64,000 bases of DNA from the NCBI GenBank assembly GCA_021775875.1, contig JAJFHA010000020.1, positions 25,544 through 89,543 on the forward strand, given 5' to 3'. The notes under the pieces were generated by a model. It had not been told where the DNA came from. It did no database searches and saw only the letters and a list, made by a program, of their open reading frames with translations. This document shows, one piece after another, positions 28,338 to 39,265 of this stretch. The translations under genes were made by a program, and so were the position numbers. The stretch is from Hyphomicrobiales bacterium (GTDB lineage: Bacteria; Pseudomonadota; Alphaproteobacteria; Rhizobiales; NORP267). Each line of letters opens with the position of its first letter. Position 1 is the first letter of the stretch.

Positions 28338-29483
28338 TTAGAAATTGATCCAATGGGAAATACGGCTGACGCTGCCGGTGGAATTTCCTTCGCCGCGAAC
28401 AAATCTCAACTCGCCGTAGGAATCGGCTTGCGGATTTTCAAAGGTGACCTCGCCGAGAAAACGCACCATCCCGCTGGCCATGCCGCTCAGGGTGGCGTCA
28501 GGCATGGCTTCGATTTTCGTTTCTGCAATCTTGATGTCATTGGCGTATAATTCGACGGTCGCAACGCCATATTCAAACCAGTAATCCGGTGCTTCGCCCT
28601 TCAACGCCAGCGGAGAGGTGATGTGATTGCTGACACGTGGTTCTTCCAACAGGATTACCGGCCCGGTCATCGGGTACCCTGTAAGGGTTTCCATGAGAAC
28701 AGGTTCGCTACCAAAAAGGTCGCGAAATTCCGGTTGCAGAAACCCGTCGAAAATATCTGCCGGAACATATAGCCTGTAATCGCCTTCGGCATATGAACCT
28801 AGATAATAGGGAGCGAAGGTGAAAGCGATCCCGGCGACTTTTCCAGGCTCGCGAGATGGCACGAACGTAAAGGTCTGCATCGTATGGATCGTTGCTTTCA
28901 GTTCGTTCAGGCCATCGTCATTTTGCGCCTCTTCCTCGCTATAATCCATCCGCTCCATTTTTTCAGCAATCAACGCAACCCGCAGCTGCCGGGCGATAGC
29001 TTTCAAGGCAGGAGAGCCATCTTCCACATTGTCTAAAATGTCTTCGAGCGCAATTTCACGGCCTTCCCGAAGGTCATACAACAACGATGTGTAGCCGGTA
29101 TTGCCATGGGCACCGCCGGTATAATAATGGCTGATTTCGAGCAGGCTGAGGTAGCGGTCGGATACAAATTGCTCGGTCCAGTTTGCGGTCAGGCTATAGG
29201 GATTGAAAGAGTCGCTGCCAAATTCGCGATAATCTGCGTTTGCCTGGGTGCGGGTTTCATCAAACGCCTGTTCGATGCCGCTACGCAATCGTTTCAACAA
29301 TTGCGGGTCGCGGCCGGCGCTGCGCGGCAGGCTGGCATGCATTTCAACAGCGATTGATATCTCACTATAGGAAATCTGAGAGAGAGGTTCGGTCGTCACA
29401 ATGCGGTCGGCATGGGCGGCTATTGGCACGGCCAGAATAAAAACCGCGAAGGCTGCAATCAGAATTTTGGTTGGATTTTTCAT
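28338..29483 (-). CDS. secreted DUF3298/DUF4163-like protein
   Basis: 381 aa. Has an N-terminal signal peptide (ILIAAFAVFILAVPIAAHA) and the YYTGGAHGN motif typical of DUF3298. Confidence 0.7.
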   Translation of the reverse strand: MKNPTKILIAAFAVFILAVPIAAHADRIVTTEPLSQISYSEISIAVEMHASLPRSAGRDPQLLKRLRSGIEQAFDETRTQANADYREFGSDSFNPYSLTANWTEQFVSDRYLSLLEISHYYTGGAHGNTGYTSLLYDLREGREIALEDILDNVEDGSPALKAIARQLRVALIAEKMERMDYSEEEAQNDDGLNELKATIHTMQTFTFVPSREPGKVAGIAFTFAPYYLGSYAEGDYRLYVPADIFDGFLQPEFRDLFGSEPVLMETLTGYPMTGPVILLEEPRVSNHITSPLALKGEAPDYWFEYGVATVELYANDIKIAETKIEAMPDATLSGMASGMVRFLGEVTFENPQADSYGELRFVRGEGNSTGSVSRISHWINF

Positions 29484-30058
29484 GGATGCGGGTTCCAGAC
29501 AATGCGCACCAGGCGCGATGAGCGAAGGACATTATCCGGCGGCAATTGACCATCGGGGCCTTCGTAGGCTTCAGGAGCATAAATATAGAGAAGATATCTG
29601 TCGGGGGTCTCACAAAGCGCCATCCCGCTCCATTCCTCAGTACCGGGATTGCAATTCAGAGCCGCCGCACCGGATTCCGTATAGGTCATGCCAATCCGTT
29701 CGCCCTTCGGTCCGGCAGCTTCCTGGCCGACAATATGCACCCGCGCAATTTTGCCGGATGTGGCGGGTTCAAATTGCAATTGTTGCATGCCGCCCCTGAA
29801 TGCTGCCAGCAAATGCCGTACTTCACCTTCCGACATGGTCGTGACATTGGCAAATTCAAATCCGGGCAACGCTTCGGTAATTGCAGTGCGGGAATAGGGG
29901 GTCTCGGCATCAATTGCGCCAATGCCGGCAGGGGTCATCTTGATCACCGGTTCGCTGGAAAGATAAGTTGCCCGACCAACCTCGTTCGGCTGCGCACAGG
30001 CCGCCAGAACAGCCATCAACATAGCGGCAAAAAGGGACGTCTTACTCATATAATCCAT
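29480..30058 (-). CDS. putative lipoprotein
   Basis: 192 aa. Has a signal peptide with lipobox LAAC (AAMLMAVLAACAQ). A 4-nt ATGA overlap joins it to the downstream DUF3298 gene. Confidence 0.6.
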   Translation of the reverse strand: MDYMSKTSLFAAMLMAVLAACAQPNEVGRATYLSSEPVIKMTPAGIGAIDAETPYSRTAITEALPGFEFANVTTMSEGEVRHLLAAFRGGMQQLQFEPATSGKIARVHIVGQEAAGPKGERIGMTYTESGAAALNCNPGTEEWSGMALCETPDRYLLYIYAPEAYEGPDGQLPPDNVLRSSRLVRIVWNPHP

Positions 30059-30157
30059 CCAATGCCCAAGCTCTCGAAAATGACTATAGCCGTTTTTTTA
30101 GCAGGCAAAAGGGGGCACCGAGGGTTAGTGCCAACAATGCTCTCCACCCACCCATCC

Positions 30158-30243
30158 GTCACCCCGGCGAAAGCCGGGGTCCAGAAAGATGGTTCAGTAT
30201 TTTTTGGAGGCAAGACTGGATTCCGGCTTTCGCCGGAATGACG
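30158..30243. repeat. inverted pair of module-A hairpin repeats
   Basis: gtcaccccggcgaaagccggggtccag (30158-30184) and ctggattccggctttcgccggaatgacg (30216-30243) are reverse-complement-related copies of the module seen at 5561, 5722 and 39266. Confidence 0.85.
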
Positions 30244-30267
30244 AACACAAACAGAGGCTCCCTCTAT

Positions 30268-32436
30268 TCATTCGCTTTTGTCTGCCTCATGCCCCAACCG
30301 CTCCGCGAGATCGCGGATCAATTCTTGCGCGGCGTCCGGGATCACCGTGCCGGGGCCAAAGATTGCTTGGGCGCCGGCTTCATGCAGCGCGTCATAATCC
30401 TGCGGCGGGATGACACCGCCGACGACGATCATGATGTCGTCGCGGCCTTCGGTTTTCAGGGCGTTACGAAGTTCGGGCACCAGCGTCAAATGGCCAGCGG
30501 CAAGGGACGAGACGCCAACGATATGGACGTCATTCTCGACCGCCTGACGGGCGGCTTCTCCCGGGGTCTGAAACAGCGGGCCGATATCCACATCAAAGCC
30601 AAGATCAGCAAATGCGGATGCGATGACCTTTTGGCCCCGGTCGTGACCGTCCTGGCCCATTTTTGCGATCAGGATACGGGGCCGACGGCCTTCATTTTGG
30701 GCGAAGGTCTCCACCATTTGCTGGATGCGTTTCACGGGCTCGCTCATTTGCCCGACCTCCTGTTTGTAAATGCCTGAAATGGCGCGAATTTCTGCCACAT
30801 GACGGTTTGCCACGACTTCCATGGCGTCGGAAATTTCACCAACGCTTGCCTTGGCCCGGGCGGCGACGATGGTTAGCGCCAGCAGATTGGCGTCCTTTGT
30901 GCGCGCCCCTTCGGTCAACGCTGTAAGGGCGGCTTGTGTGGCGGCTTCATCGCGCATCTCGCGCAATTTTTCCAGCTTCGCAATCTGCTCCCGACGCACC
31001 TTGGCGTTTTCTACCTTGAGCACATCAATCATGGCCTCGTTTTCGGGGCGGTACTTGTTGACACCGACAACGGTTTGGCGACCGGAATCGATCCGGGCCT
31101 GGGTCTTGGCTGCGGCTTCTTCGATCCGCATTTTCGGCAACCCGGCGGCAATCGCTTTGGCCATGCCGCCCATCTCTTCAACCTCAGAAATATGGGCCAG
31201 CGCCCGCGTCGCCAGATCGCCCGTCAATTTCTCTACATAATAGCTGCCGCCCCATGGGTCCGCGACCCGCATGGTGCCGGATTCCTGTTGCAGGAATAGT
31301 TGCGTATTGCGGGCAATCCTGGCGGAGAAATCGGTCGGCAAAGCAAGCGCTTCATCCAGCGAATTGGTGTGCAGCGATTGGGTATGGCCCTGAGTCGACG
31401 CCATGGCTTCGATGGTGGTGCGGGCGACATTGTTAAATACATCCTGCGCCGTCAGGCTCCAGCCGGAGGTTTGGCAATGGGTGCGCAAGGACAATGAGCG
31501 ATCGTCTTTTGGCGCAAACTCTTCGCGGATCAGGTTTGCCCAGATCAGCCGTGCAGCCCGCATCTTGGCAATTTCCATAAAGAAATTCATGCCGGTTGCC
31601 CAGAAAAATGAAAGCCTGGGCGCGAATGCATCGATATCAAGACCGGCCGCGACACCGGCGCGGGCATATTCGATGCCGTCGGCGATTGTGTAGGCCAGTT
31701 CCAGATCCGCCGTCGCCCCGGCTTCCTGCATATGGTAGCCGGAGATCGAGATTGAATTGAATTTCGGCATGTTGGCGGACGTATAGGCAAAAATATCCGA
31801 GATGATCCGCATCGAAAAATCGGGCGGATAAATATATGTGTTGCGCACCATAAATTCTTTCAGAATATCATTCTGAATGGTGCCTGAGAGTTTTTCAGGC
31901 GGGACGCCCTGTTCTTCACCTGCCACAATGTACAGCGCCAGAATGGGCAATACCGCGCCGTTCATGGTCATTGATACGGACATCTGGTCCAGCGGGATAT
32001 GATCAAAAAGGGTGCGCATGTCGAGGATGGAATCGATAGCCACGCCTGCCATACCCACATCGCCGGCAACGCGCGGGTTATCTGAGTCGTATCCCCGATG
32101 GGTCGCCAGATCGAATGCGATCGACAAGCCTTTCTGTCCTGCGGCCAGATTACGCCGATAAAAGGCATTGGAATCTTCTGCTGTCGAGAAACCCGCATAT
32201 TGCCGGATCGTCCAGGGCCGCTGGATATACATGGCCGGGTAGGGGCCACGCAAATAGGGCGCGGCACCGGGCCAGGTTTTGAGAAAATCCAGACCAGCTA
32301 GGTCAGCTTCGCTGTAAGTCTGTTTGACGCTGATGCCTTCAGGGGTTTCCCACAATTCAGCGCCAACGTCTTCGCCGCTTATCCCAGCCGTCTGGGCGTC
32401 AAATGCTATCTCGGAAAAGTCCGGGATCTGGCTCAT
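30268..32436 (-). CDS. scpA: methylmalonyl-CoA mutase, large (catalytic, B12-binding) subunit
   Basis: 722 aa. Has the mutase core ([15 protein letters not shown]) and the C-terminal B12-binding motif GQDGHDRG. Confidence 0.95.
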   Translation of the reverse strand: MSQIPDFSEIAFDAQTAGISGEDVGAELWETPEGISVKQTYSEADLAGLDFLKTWPGAAPYLRGPYPAMYIQRPWTIRQYAGFSTAEDSNAFYRRNLAAGQKGLSIAFDLATHRGYDSDNPRVAGDVGMAGVAIDSILDMRTLFDHIPLDQMSVSMTMNGAVLPILALYIVAGEEQGVPPEKLSGTIQNDILKEFMVRNTYIYPPDFSMRIISDIFAYTSANMPKFNSISISGYHMQEAGATADLELAYTIADGIEYARAGVAAGLDIDAFAPRLSFFWATGMNFFMEIAKMRAARLIWANLIREEFAPKDDRSLSLRTHCQTSGWSLTAQDVFNNVARTTIEAMASTQGHTQSLHTNSLDEALALPTDFSARIARNTQLFLQQESGTMRVADPWGGSYYVEKLTGDLATRALAHISEVEEMGGMAKAIAAGLPKMRIEEAAAKTQARIDSGRQTVVGVNKYRPENEAMIDVLKVENAKVRREQIAKLEKLREMRDEAATQAALTALTEGARTKDANLLALTIVAARAKASVGEISDAMEVVANRHVAEIRAISGIYKQEVGQMSEPVKRIQQMVETFAQNEGRRPRILIAKMGQDGHDRGQKVIASAFADLGFDVDIGPLFQTPGEAARQAVENDVHIVGVSSLAAGHLTLVPELRNALKTEGRDDIMIVVGGVIPPQDYDALHEAGAQAIFGPGTVIPDAAQELIRDLAERLGHEADKSE

Positions 32437-32478
32437 ATTGCTATCATCCAGTTTAGGGTTGCCTTCATGGATCCAAGA

Positions 32479-34440
32479 CTACGCATTTTCATAATCAATC
32501 AGAACATTTTCCAGCGCCGCGATAATATCGCATCCGCCATAGAGGAAGACGCTGATCCCGGCACCTTCCAGCGCGTCTGTTAAGTCTCCGGGCCGACCGG
32601 CCATGAAAATCCGGGTAGCGCCCGCGTCCAACAATGCCGCTGCCATATCGCCCGCTTGTGCTCTGTAAAGGGCATCAGGCCCACAGATACAGGCAATTCG
32701 GGCGCTGGATTTGCGGAACGCAGCGGCTGCATTTGGGCCATCTTCAAGTCCGGCTTCCAGATGTGTGGCGATGCCAGCAGTTGCAAATGTGTTCTCGGTC
32801 CAGTTGGCGCGGGCAACAAATCCCGCAACAGGCCCAAGCCCTGCCAGAAATACCAGAGGTCGTTGGTTTTTTTCAGCAATGCTATCGGCACGTTGGCGCA
32901 ACGCTTCAAATGGCTCCGCCAGACGCAGCGACGGCAGGGGCGTGAAGGGACTACCCGCAAATTCGGGGATTTTTGGTGTCAGGCTTTCCCCGTCACCGAG
33001 AGCTTTCACCAAAGCGCTGAACCGTTCGCCTTCGCCGCCCAACGGCAAGTCGATATCGTTTTCTGAAAAGCATTTGTCACTTGGCGACACATCGAGCACG
33101 ACCGGGGGTGTCCCGGCCAGGTTCGGGAATGAAGAGGTGCCGGTCAGAACGGCTTTACCGTGCGCCATTTTGCTGGCGCGGGTTTCTGCTGTTTCAAGAA
33201 CCTGGTCTTGCAACCAACCGTCATCCAGCACCTCGATTATACCGCCGCCGGTTTCAATTTTCTGAAACAATTCCCAGGCTTTTGCCGCCAACTCAGATGA
33301 AAGCGCTTCGCCATACCCTGAACCGGCAAGCGGGTCGGTGACCCGCGCCAGGTTGGATTCTTCCATCAATACAAGCTGGGTATTGCGGGCGACCCGGCGG
33401 GAAAATTCATCCGCCAGCCCTGCCGCCGACGTGAATGGCAAAATTGCAAATGACGTCGCTCCGCCAATACCGGCAACAAAGGTCGCCATCGTCGCGCGTA
33501 GCATATTCACGTGCGGGTCGTGCCGGGTCTGACTGCGCCAATCGGATTCGCCATGGATCGGAACTGGTGTCGAGTTTTCCAGACCGCAGGCGCGGGCAAT
33601 ATTCCCAAGCAACATATTCAGGGCCCGCAACTTAGCCAGTCCCAAAAACTGGTCCGGGTCGATAGCAATCGCAATTTCCAGTGTTTGCCATGCGGTTGCC
33701 AGATCAATTCCGGCTTTTTCTAAGGTACGCAAATATAGCAGCGCCGCCGCCAGAATAGCGGCAAGTTCCTGTGCTTCGCTCGCACCGGCTTCATGCCAAG
33801 GTCTGCCATCAGCGAGACATATCCGGCCTGAAAATCCGCGTCGCAGCAAATCGTGCGTCAAATCTCCAAGGTCTGTAAGCGCAGGTGCAAATCCGTTTCC
33901 GGCAAACCCGGCACCAAGAACGGTACCAACCGGGTCTTGTCCCAGCGACCAATCGAGTTCGGAAAAATCATAACTGCGTTTTTCGGCAAGCGCAGTCAAT
34001 AGCCCGGCAACAGCAATCCCTGAAGCGCCTCCTTCAAGGCGTAGATGGATATGATCAGCCTGAATGCCCGCAAGGGCTGTCTCAATGTCGGCAACATTCG
34101 CGACCTGCAACCCGTATCCGCGCGACGTCGGCGCTCCGGAAAATACAAGCGCCAGCCCGGTCGCACCATTTTCAAGGTCAATCAGCGCCTGTTTGTTGGC
34201 GGTCTCACAGGACGGGTGATCCATGCGTTGGGCAATGGTCCAGGGCCGACCAGCGCGTGTTGATTTAAGTATTGCTGATTTGGCACGCTCATAAACCGGT
34301 TCAACACGGATATCGTCGAGAGTCCGGGATACAAGACTGCGCTCGAAATCGGCACCCTTCAACCCGGTTTCGGCGAGCTCGCGCCAGTCGGATTTAGTGA
34401 GTTCAGCAAACGCGCCGGCTAATTTAGCGGGGTCGGTCAA
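32479..34440 (-). CDS. mutA: methylmalonyl-CoA mutase, small (beta) subunit
   Basis: 653 aa immediately upstream of the large subunit. It has a mutase-like core (RVARNTQLVLMEESN) but I did not see a DxHxxG cobalamin ligand motif. Confidence 0.85.
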   Translation of the reverse strand: MTDPAKLAGAFAELTKSDWRELAETGLKGADFERSLVSRTLDDIRVEPVYERAKSAILKSTRAGRPWTIAQRMDHPSCETANKQALIDLENGATGLALVFSGAPTSRGYGLQVANVADIETALAGIQADHIHLRLEGGASGIAVAGLLTALAEKRSYDFSELDWSLGQDPVGTVLGAGFAGNGFAPALTDLGDLTHDLLRRGFSGRICLADGRPWHEAGASEAQELAAILAAALLYLRTLEKAGIDLATAWQTLEIAIAIDPDQFLGLAKLRALNMLLGNIARACGLENSTPVPIHGESDWRSQTRHDPHVNMLRATMATFVAGIGGATSFAILPFTSAAGLADEFSRRVARNTQLVLMEESNLARVTDPLAGSGYGEALSSELAAKAWELFQKIETGGGIIEVLDDGWLQDQVLETAETRASKMAHGKAVLTGTSSFPNLAGTPPVVLDVSPSDKCFSENDIDLPLGGEGERFSALVKALGDGESLTPKIPEFAGSPFTPLPSLRLAEPFEALRQRADSIAEKNQRPLVFLAGLGPVAGFVARANWTENTFATAGIATHLEAGLEDGPNAAAAFRKSSARIACICGPDALYRAQAGDMAAALLDAGATRIFMAGRPGDLTDALEGAGISVFLYGGCDIIAALENVLIDYENA

Positions 34441-34551
34441 GCAACCTGTTCCTCGTATCCGTTATTGGAATTTCAGCGAATGTACCGCCTGCTCCCAATT
34501 AGGCAAGCCAGCAAGTTGGCGTAGATACAAAGGCTAAGATGTACTTGAAAC

Positions 34552-34580
34552 AAAAAAGGCGACGCACGCAGCGCCGCCCT
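34552..34580 (-). terminator. possible rho-independent terminator
   Basis: On the minus strand, a short GC stem (ggcggc...gtcgcc, one G-U pair) followed by TTTTTT lies just downstream of the 34608 stop. The stem is weak. Confidence 0.4.
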
Positions 34581-34607
34581 CTTGATTTTGTTGATACGGA
34601 CAGATTG

Positions 34608-35015
34608 TCAGTATGTCATAACAGGCTTGAGCTTTTTGGCTTCAGCAACCCATTTGGAAACGCTTTTTTCGCCGGGGCAAAGACGCACCAGCTTTCTTTT
34701 GTTGTTGGTTGTTTTCATGGCTTCGGTGAGGTTGGCCGCATTGCGGTTCCGCAATTCCTTGACTGTATCAACTCCAGCAGCTTCGAGAAGCTCGGAATAT
34801 TCTTCAGCCACACCACGGATGCGCATCAGGTCAGACATATTTGTCCATTTGAGAATTTTTTTCTCATCAATACCGGATTCAGCTGCAAGCGCCTTGCGGC
34901 CCTTCGGGGACGCGCCCCGTTCCAGAAGCTGATCAGTGCGGTTTACACCTACCTTCTTGAGCTTCTTTGTAAAAGTTGGTCCGATTCCCTCAATATCAAT
35001 AATTGGATAACGCAT
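34608..35015 (-). CDS. DUF4332 domain protein
   Basis: 135 aa. Two helix-hairpin-helix-like repeats (IEGIGPTFTKKLKKVGV, IRGVAEEYSELLEAAGV) match my recollection of DUF4332. Confidence 0.65.
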   Translation of the reverse strand: MRYPIIDIEGIGPTFTKKLKKVGVNRTDQLLERGASPKGRKALAAESGIDEKKILKWTNMSDLMRIRGVAEEYSELLEAAGVDTVKELRNRNAANLTEAMKTTNNKRKLVRLCPGEKSVSKWVAEAKKLKPVMTY

Positions 35016-35066
35016 TTATTGCCCCTTCCCTTTGTCTGATTTTATTGGATCTGGTTCTGCGATTGG

Positions 35067-35432
35067 CTACACAAACTGGCTCAGTCCCGGGATCGATGAA
35101 ACGATCTCGTCAACAACACCGCCACCTTTCTCGCGCGCAAAATCTACGACTTCCTTGGTAACGCCCTGAACCTGGCCCATGCTGAGACCAGCCGAGGTCA
35201 GGTCGTTCATCGCACCCATGGCGCCCATGGCACCGCCACTGAACAAACCACCGCCCCCTTCATCGGTAATCAGATCACTGGCTCCAGGCATGGAGGCCAG
35301 TAATTCTTCCATTTTTTCCTTGGGTGCAGACTTGTTCAGAAAATTCAGAATGATGCTGATGGCCTTGCCAGCCAGTTCATCATCTATACCAACACTTGAT
35401 GTGATCCGACCGATCAATTCTTCCATTTGCAT
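35067..35432 (-). CDS. hypothetical protein (DUF2780-like two-lobe architecture)
   Basis: 121 aa. Two helical lobes are separated by a Gly/Ala/Met-rich linker (GGGGLFSGGAMGAMGAM). The family call is tentative. Confidence 0.5.
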   Translation of the reverse strand: MQMEELIGRITSSVGIDDELAGKAISIILNFLNKSAPKEKMEELLASMPGASDLITDEGGGGLFSGGAMGAMGAMNDLTSAGLSMGQVQGVTKEVVDFAREKGGGVVDEIVSSIPGLSQFV

Positions 35433-35641
35433 CTATCCTCGTTTTTTCGAAGCAAATCTATTTCAAACCCGCCTTATAAAGACGGATTTTTATTCCACTT
35501 TGTAGCGCGTGTTGTGCTGGTGTCCAAGTGCTGATTGGCAGAAATCATGTCTCAGGTATAAAATTTGCGCCGAGATACGTTGAACAGCTGCCCGGTCCAC
35601 ACTATCAATACTTCCATTGAGTTTATCCCGGGAGGAAGTCG

Positions 35642-37207
35642 ATGTTCGAAGAAGGCAGGGTTTATGTGGGCACCAGCGTCAAGCCGGAATATCTCAATCT
35701 CAAGCTGGCCAACCGCCATGGCCTGATCACCGGCGCCACCGGCACCGGCAAAACGGTGACTCTGCAAATTCTGGCTGAGGGATTTTCCCGCGCCGGGGTG
35801 CCGGTATTTTGCGCTGATGTGAAAGGCGATGTGGCAGGCGTCGGCGCGACGGGCGTCGAGAAGGATTTTCTCACCAAGCGCGCTGAGACGATCGGGTTCA
35901 CTGCTGATTATGTCTATGAAGATTTTCCCGCGCTCTATTGGGACCTGTTCGGCGAGCAGGGACACCCGGTCCGCACAACGATTTCTGATATGGGGCCGCT
36001 GCTTTTGTCCCGGTTGATGGAATTGAATGCGACCCAGGAAGGTGTGCTCAATATCGCATTCAGGATCGCTGACGATGAAGGGTTGCTGCTGCTTGATCTA
36101 AAAGATTTACGCTCGCTATTGTCGAATTTGGCCGCACGGGCAAGCGAGATCACATCGGATTATGGCAATGTGTCAAAGGCCAGCATCGGCGCCATCCAGC
36201 GCCAATTGCTGGTGCTGGAAAATCAGGGTGCAGAGAATTTTTTTGGTGAGCCTGCTTTCAATATCAAAGACCTGATGCGCACCTCGCGCGATGGGCGCGG
36301 TCTGATTAGCGTTCTTGCCGCTGACAAATTGATGCTATCGCCACGGCTTTACGCGACGTTTTTGCTCTGGCTGCTGTCGGAGTTATTTGAGGAATTGCCC
36401 GAAGTCGGCGATCCGGACAAACCAAAACTGGTTTTCTTTTTTGACGAAGCGCATTTGTTGTTCGATGAAGCACCAAAGGCATTGGTTCAAAAAATCGAGC
36501 AGGTCGTAAAACTGATCCGCTCCAAAGGTGTCGGGGTTTATTTCGTCACCCAAAATCCGCTCGATGTACCGGACAGTGTTTTGTCGCAGCTCGGCAACCG
36601 TATCCAGCATGCGCTGCGCGCTTATACGCCGCGCGAACGCAAGGCCGTTAAAACCGCCGCTGACACGTTCCGTCCAAATCCTGATTTTGATGCCTTCGAG
36701 GTGATCACTCAATTGGGGGTTGGCGAGGCTCTGGTCTCAACACTGGAGAAAAAAGGTGTTCCGTCCATCGTGCAGCGTACCCTGATCCGCCCGCCATCTT
36801 CGCGGATGGGGCCGCTGGAAGACGGCGAGCGCAAAGATTTGATGAAAGAAAGCCCGGTCCATGGTCTTTATGATGAAACCCTGGACAGGGAATCCGCGTT
36901 CGAAATTCTTGCCAAACGTGCTGGCGACAAAGTTGATGCGGAAGATAAGCAGCGTGCCAAAGAAGACAAGGAACGCGAAGAGGGGGGCCGCATGCGCCGC
37001 TCGCGAACAGGCTTCACCTTGCCGGAATTTGGCCGTGACGACAGGCCCAACCAGCGCAGCAGACAGCGCACAACAACAAGGCGTCGCGCATCACGCCGCC
37101 AATCGACCACCGAAGCAATGGTGAAATCTGTTGTTCGTTCGGTAGGGTCCGGGCTGGGACGCGCTTTGGTGCGTGGCATTTTGGGCAGTCTGAAAATCGG
37201 GCAATAG
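35642..37207 (+). CDS. HerA-like P-loop ATPase (DUF853 / YjgR family)
   Basis: 521 aa. Has Walker A GATGTGKT, Walker [14 protein letters not shown], and a basic C-terminal tail. Confidence 0.85.
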   Translation: MFEEGRVYVGTSVKPEYLNLKLANRHGLITGATGTGKTVTLQILAEGFSRAGVPVFCADVKGDVAGVGATGVEKDFLTKRAETIGFTADYVYEDFPALYWDLFGEQGHPVRTTISDMGPLLLSRLMELNATQEGVLNIAFRIADDEGLLLLDLKDLRSLLSNLAARASEITSDYGNVSKASIGAIQRQLLVLENQGAENFFGEPAFNIKDLMRTSRDGRGLISVLAADKLMLSPRLYATFLLWLLSELFEELPEVGDPDKPKLVFFFDEAHLLFDEAPKALVQKIEQVVKLIRSKGVGVYFVTQNPLDVPDSVLSQLGNRIQHALRAYTPRERKAVKTAADTFRPNPDFDAFEVITQLGVGEALVSTLEKKGVPSIVQRTLIRPPSSRMGPLEDGERKDLMKESPVHGLYDETLDRESAFEILAKRAGDKVDAEDKQRAKEDKEREEGGRMRRSRTGFTLPEFGRDDRPNQRSRQRTTTRRRASRRQSTTEAMVKSVVRSVGSGLGRALVRGILGSLKIGQ

Positions 37208-37253
37208 GCAGGGTGTCCGCTAAGCAGTAATTTTTCTATTTGGAGACAGGGTA

Positions 37254-38102
37254 ATGAAACTATTTCGATATGGCGAAACCGGCGCGGAAAAACCCGGTAT
37301 TATTGATGCCGACGGTGGATTGCGCGATCTGTCAGGCCAGGTAAGCGATATTGACGGTGGTGTTTTGTCTCCTGAAAACCTGAAAAAGCTGGCTGCGATC
37401 AATCCAGCCTCATTGCCGCTTATTCCCGCAGATGCCCGGATCGGACCATGTGTCGGCGGTGTTTCCAAGATCATCGCCATCGGTCTGAATTACAGTGATC
37501 ACGCTGAAGAAGCCGGAATGCCGATCCCCACCGAGCCGATTATTTTCATGAAAGCCACCAGTTCCATTTGTGGCCCCGATGACAATGTGATCAAGCCGGT
37601 TGGTTCAACCCAACTTGATTACGAAGTTGAACTAGGCATCGTGATTGGCTCAAAAGCAAATTACGTATCTGAGGAAGCCGCGCTGGATCATGTGGCAGGC
37701 TATTGCATCGTCAATGACGTTTCCGAACGGTCCTACCAGATCGGGCGTCCGGGCGGACAATGGGACAAGGGCAAGGGCTGCGATACCTTTGCGCCAATTG
37801 GCCCGTGGATGGTGACAACGGACGAAATACCGGATCCGCAAATTCTGGACTTGGAGGTGGATGTGAATGGCGAGAAACGCCAGCGCGGCACCACCGCCAA
37901 AATGGTATTCAATGTGCGCCAGCTTGTTTCTGATGTCAGCAATTATATGACCTTGCTGCCGGGCGATATCATCATCACCGGCACGCCGCCCGGCGTCGGC
38001 ATGGGTTTGAAGCCACCAGCATATCTTGAACCCGGCGACGAGATGCGCCTCGCAATTTCAGGTCTTGGCGAACAACGCCAGAAAGTGATCGCGTATCGCT
38101 GA
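37254..38102 (+). CDS. fumarylacetoacetate hydrolase (FAH) family protein
   Basis: 282 aa. GLNYSDHAEE, YEVELGIVIG and ITGTPPGVG are FAH-fold motifs. Confidence 0.9.
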   Translation: MKLFRYGETGAEKPGIIDADGGLRDLSGQVSDIDGGVLSPENLKKLAAINPASLPLIPADARIGPCVGGVSKIIAIGLNYSDHAEEAGMPIPTEPIIFMKATSSICGPDDNVIKPVGSTQLDYEVELGIVIGSKANYVSEEAALDHVAGYCIVNDVSERSYQIGRPGGQWDKGKGCDTFAPIGPWMVTTDEIPDPQILDLEVDVNGEKRQRGTTAKMVFNVRQLVSDVSNYMTLLPGDIIITGTPPGVGMGLKPPAYLEPGDEMRLAISGLGEQRQKVIAYR

Positions 38103-38165
38103 TACTGCTTGACGTTCTTTCCGAATAGGCATTCGATGGCCGCAAAAGAATTTAGGAGAATGTCG

Positions 38166-39023
38166 ATGGATGATTGGTCGAAAACCTGGACCTGGTATGA
38201 CGGTGAGTGGCTTGAAGGCAACCCCGCAATTGTCGGCCCGCGCAGCCACGCTATGTGGTTGGGGTCGTCAATTTTTGATGGCGGACGGGCGTTTGAAGGG
38301 GTGACCCCGGATATCGACCGCCATTGCGAACGCGTCAATAATTCCGCCGAAATTATGGGCCTCAAGGTTCTGCATGAAGGTGGCATGATCGAAGAGCTTG
38401 TACAGGAAGGCCTGAAGCTTTTCGACAAGGATGCTGAATTGTATATCCGCCCGATGTATTGGGCGGAGCAGGGCGGTAATTTTGCCGTTCCGCCGTTGAA
38501 GGAAAGCACGCGGTTTTGCCTCTGCATGTATGATACGCCAATGCCGGTCCCTGGCGGGTCGTCGATTATGCTTTCAAGTTTTCGCCGCCCAACCCTGGCG
38601 CAAGCGCCGGTCAACGCCAAAGCCGGGTGTCTTTACCCGAATTCGGCGCGTGCGCTTCTGGAAGCCGGTGAAGCCGGGTTCGACAATGCTCTTGTTTGCG
38701 ATGCGCTTGGCAATGTCGCCGAATTGGCCACCGCTAATATTTTCATGGCCAAGGACGGCGAAGCCCATACGCCAGCGCCAAACGGTACTTTTCTAAACGG
38801 CATCACCCGCCAGCGGGTCATCGCCCTGCTGCGCGAACAGGGCATCACGGTCAATGAACGCACTCTGACCTACAAAGAGTTTCAGGAAGCCGACGAGATT
38901 TTCTCGACCGGCAATTATTCCAAAGTCATGCCGATCACCCGCATCGGCAATCGCGACCTGCAACCGGGCCCGATCTACCAGAAAGCCCGCGACCGCTATT
39001 GGGAATGGGCCCACGGGGGTTAG
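38166..39023 (+). CDS. ilvE: branched-chain amino-acid aminotransferase (class IV)
   Basis: Fold-type IV aminotransferase with an alphaproteobacterial IlvE-like N-terminus (WTWYDGEWLEGNP). I chose ATG 38166, 6 nt after aggaga; an alternative ATG is at 38160. Confidence 0.8.
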   Translation: MDDWSKTWTWYDGEWLEGNPAIVGPRSHAMWLGSSIFDGGRAFEGVTPDIDRHCERVNNSAEIMGLKVLHEGGMIEELVQEGLKLFDKDAELYIRPMYWAEQGGNFAVPPLKESTRFCLCMYDTPMPVPGGSSIMLSSFRRPTLAQAPVNAKAGCLYPNSARALLEAGEAGFDNALVCDALGNVAELATANIFMAKDGEAHTPAPNGTFLNGITRQRVIALLREQGITVNERTLTYKEFQEADEIFSTGNYSKVMPITRIGNRDLQPGPIYQKARDRYWEWAHGG

Positions 39024-39050
39024 TTATCTTGTTTTGAAATGCCTCCATCA

Positions 39051-39167
39051 CCTCTCCCCGGCGGGGAGAGGTCGGCACTTCAGTGCCGGGTGAGGGGGAG
39101 CGGATTATCGTCGTATAACAAGTCTCAAACTCCCCTCATCCTGTCCTTCTCCCCCCAAGGGAGAAGG
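39051..39167. repeat. cluster of GC-rich perfect stem-loops
   Basis: Hairpins are cctctcccc-ggc-ggggagagg (39051-39071), cggcact-tc-agtgccg (39073-39088) and ccttctccc-cccaa-gggagaagg (39145-39167). In addition, gtgagggggag (39090-39100) is complementary to ctcccctca (39130-39138). Confidence 0.8.
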
Positions 39168-39265
39168 GACGAAAACCGATGGCATGTGGTTTTTTGTGTC
39201 GATGGAATTCAGGCATGCGCTTCTGGTTAAGCGGGCGACGAATTGGGTGGTCCAATCCCCCAACC

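Noticed and set aside
35642-37207. The HerA-like DUF853 ATPase as part of a defence system of the HerA-plus-effector type.
   Set aside because: It has no partner nuclease, Sir2 or DUF4297-type gene adjacent. Its neighbours are small conserved hypotheticals and housekeeping genes of native composition. It resembles the widespread stand-alone YjgR family.
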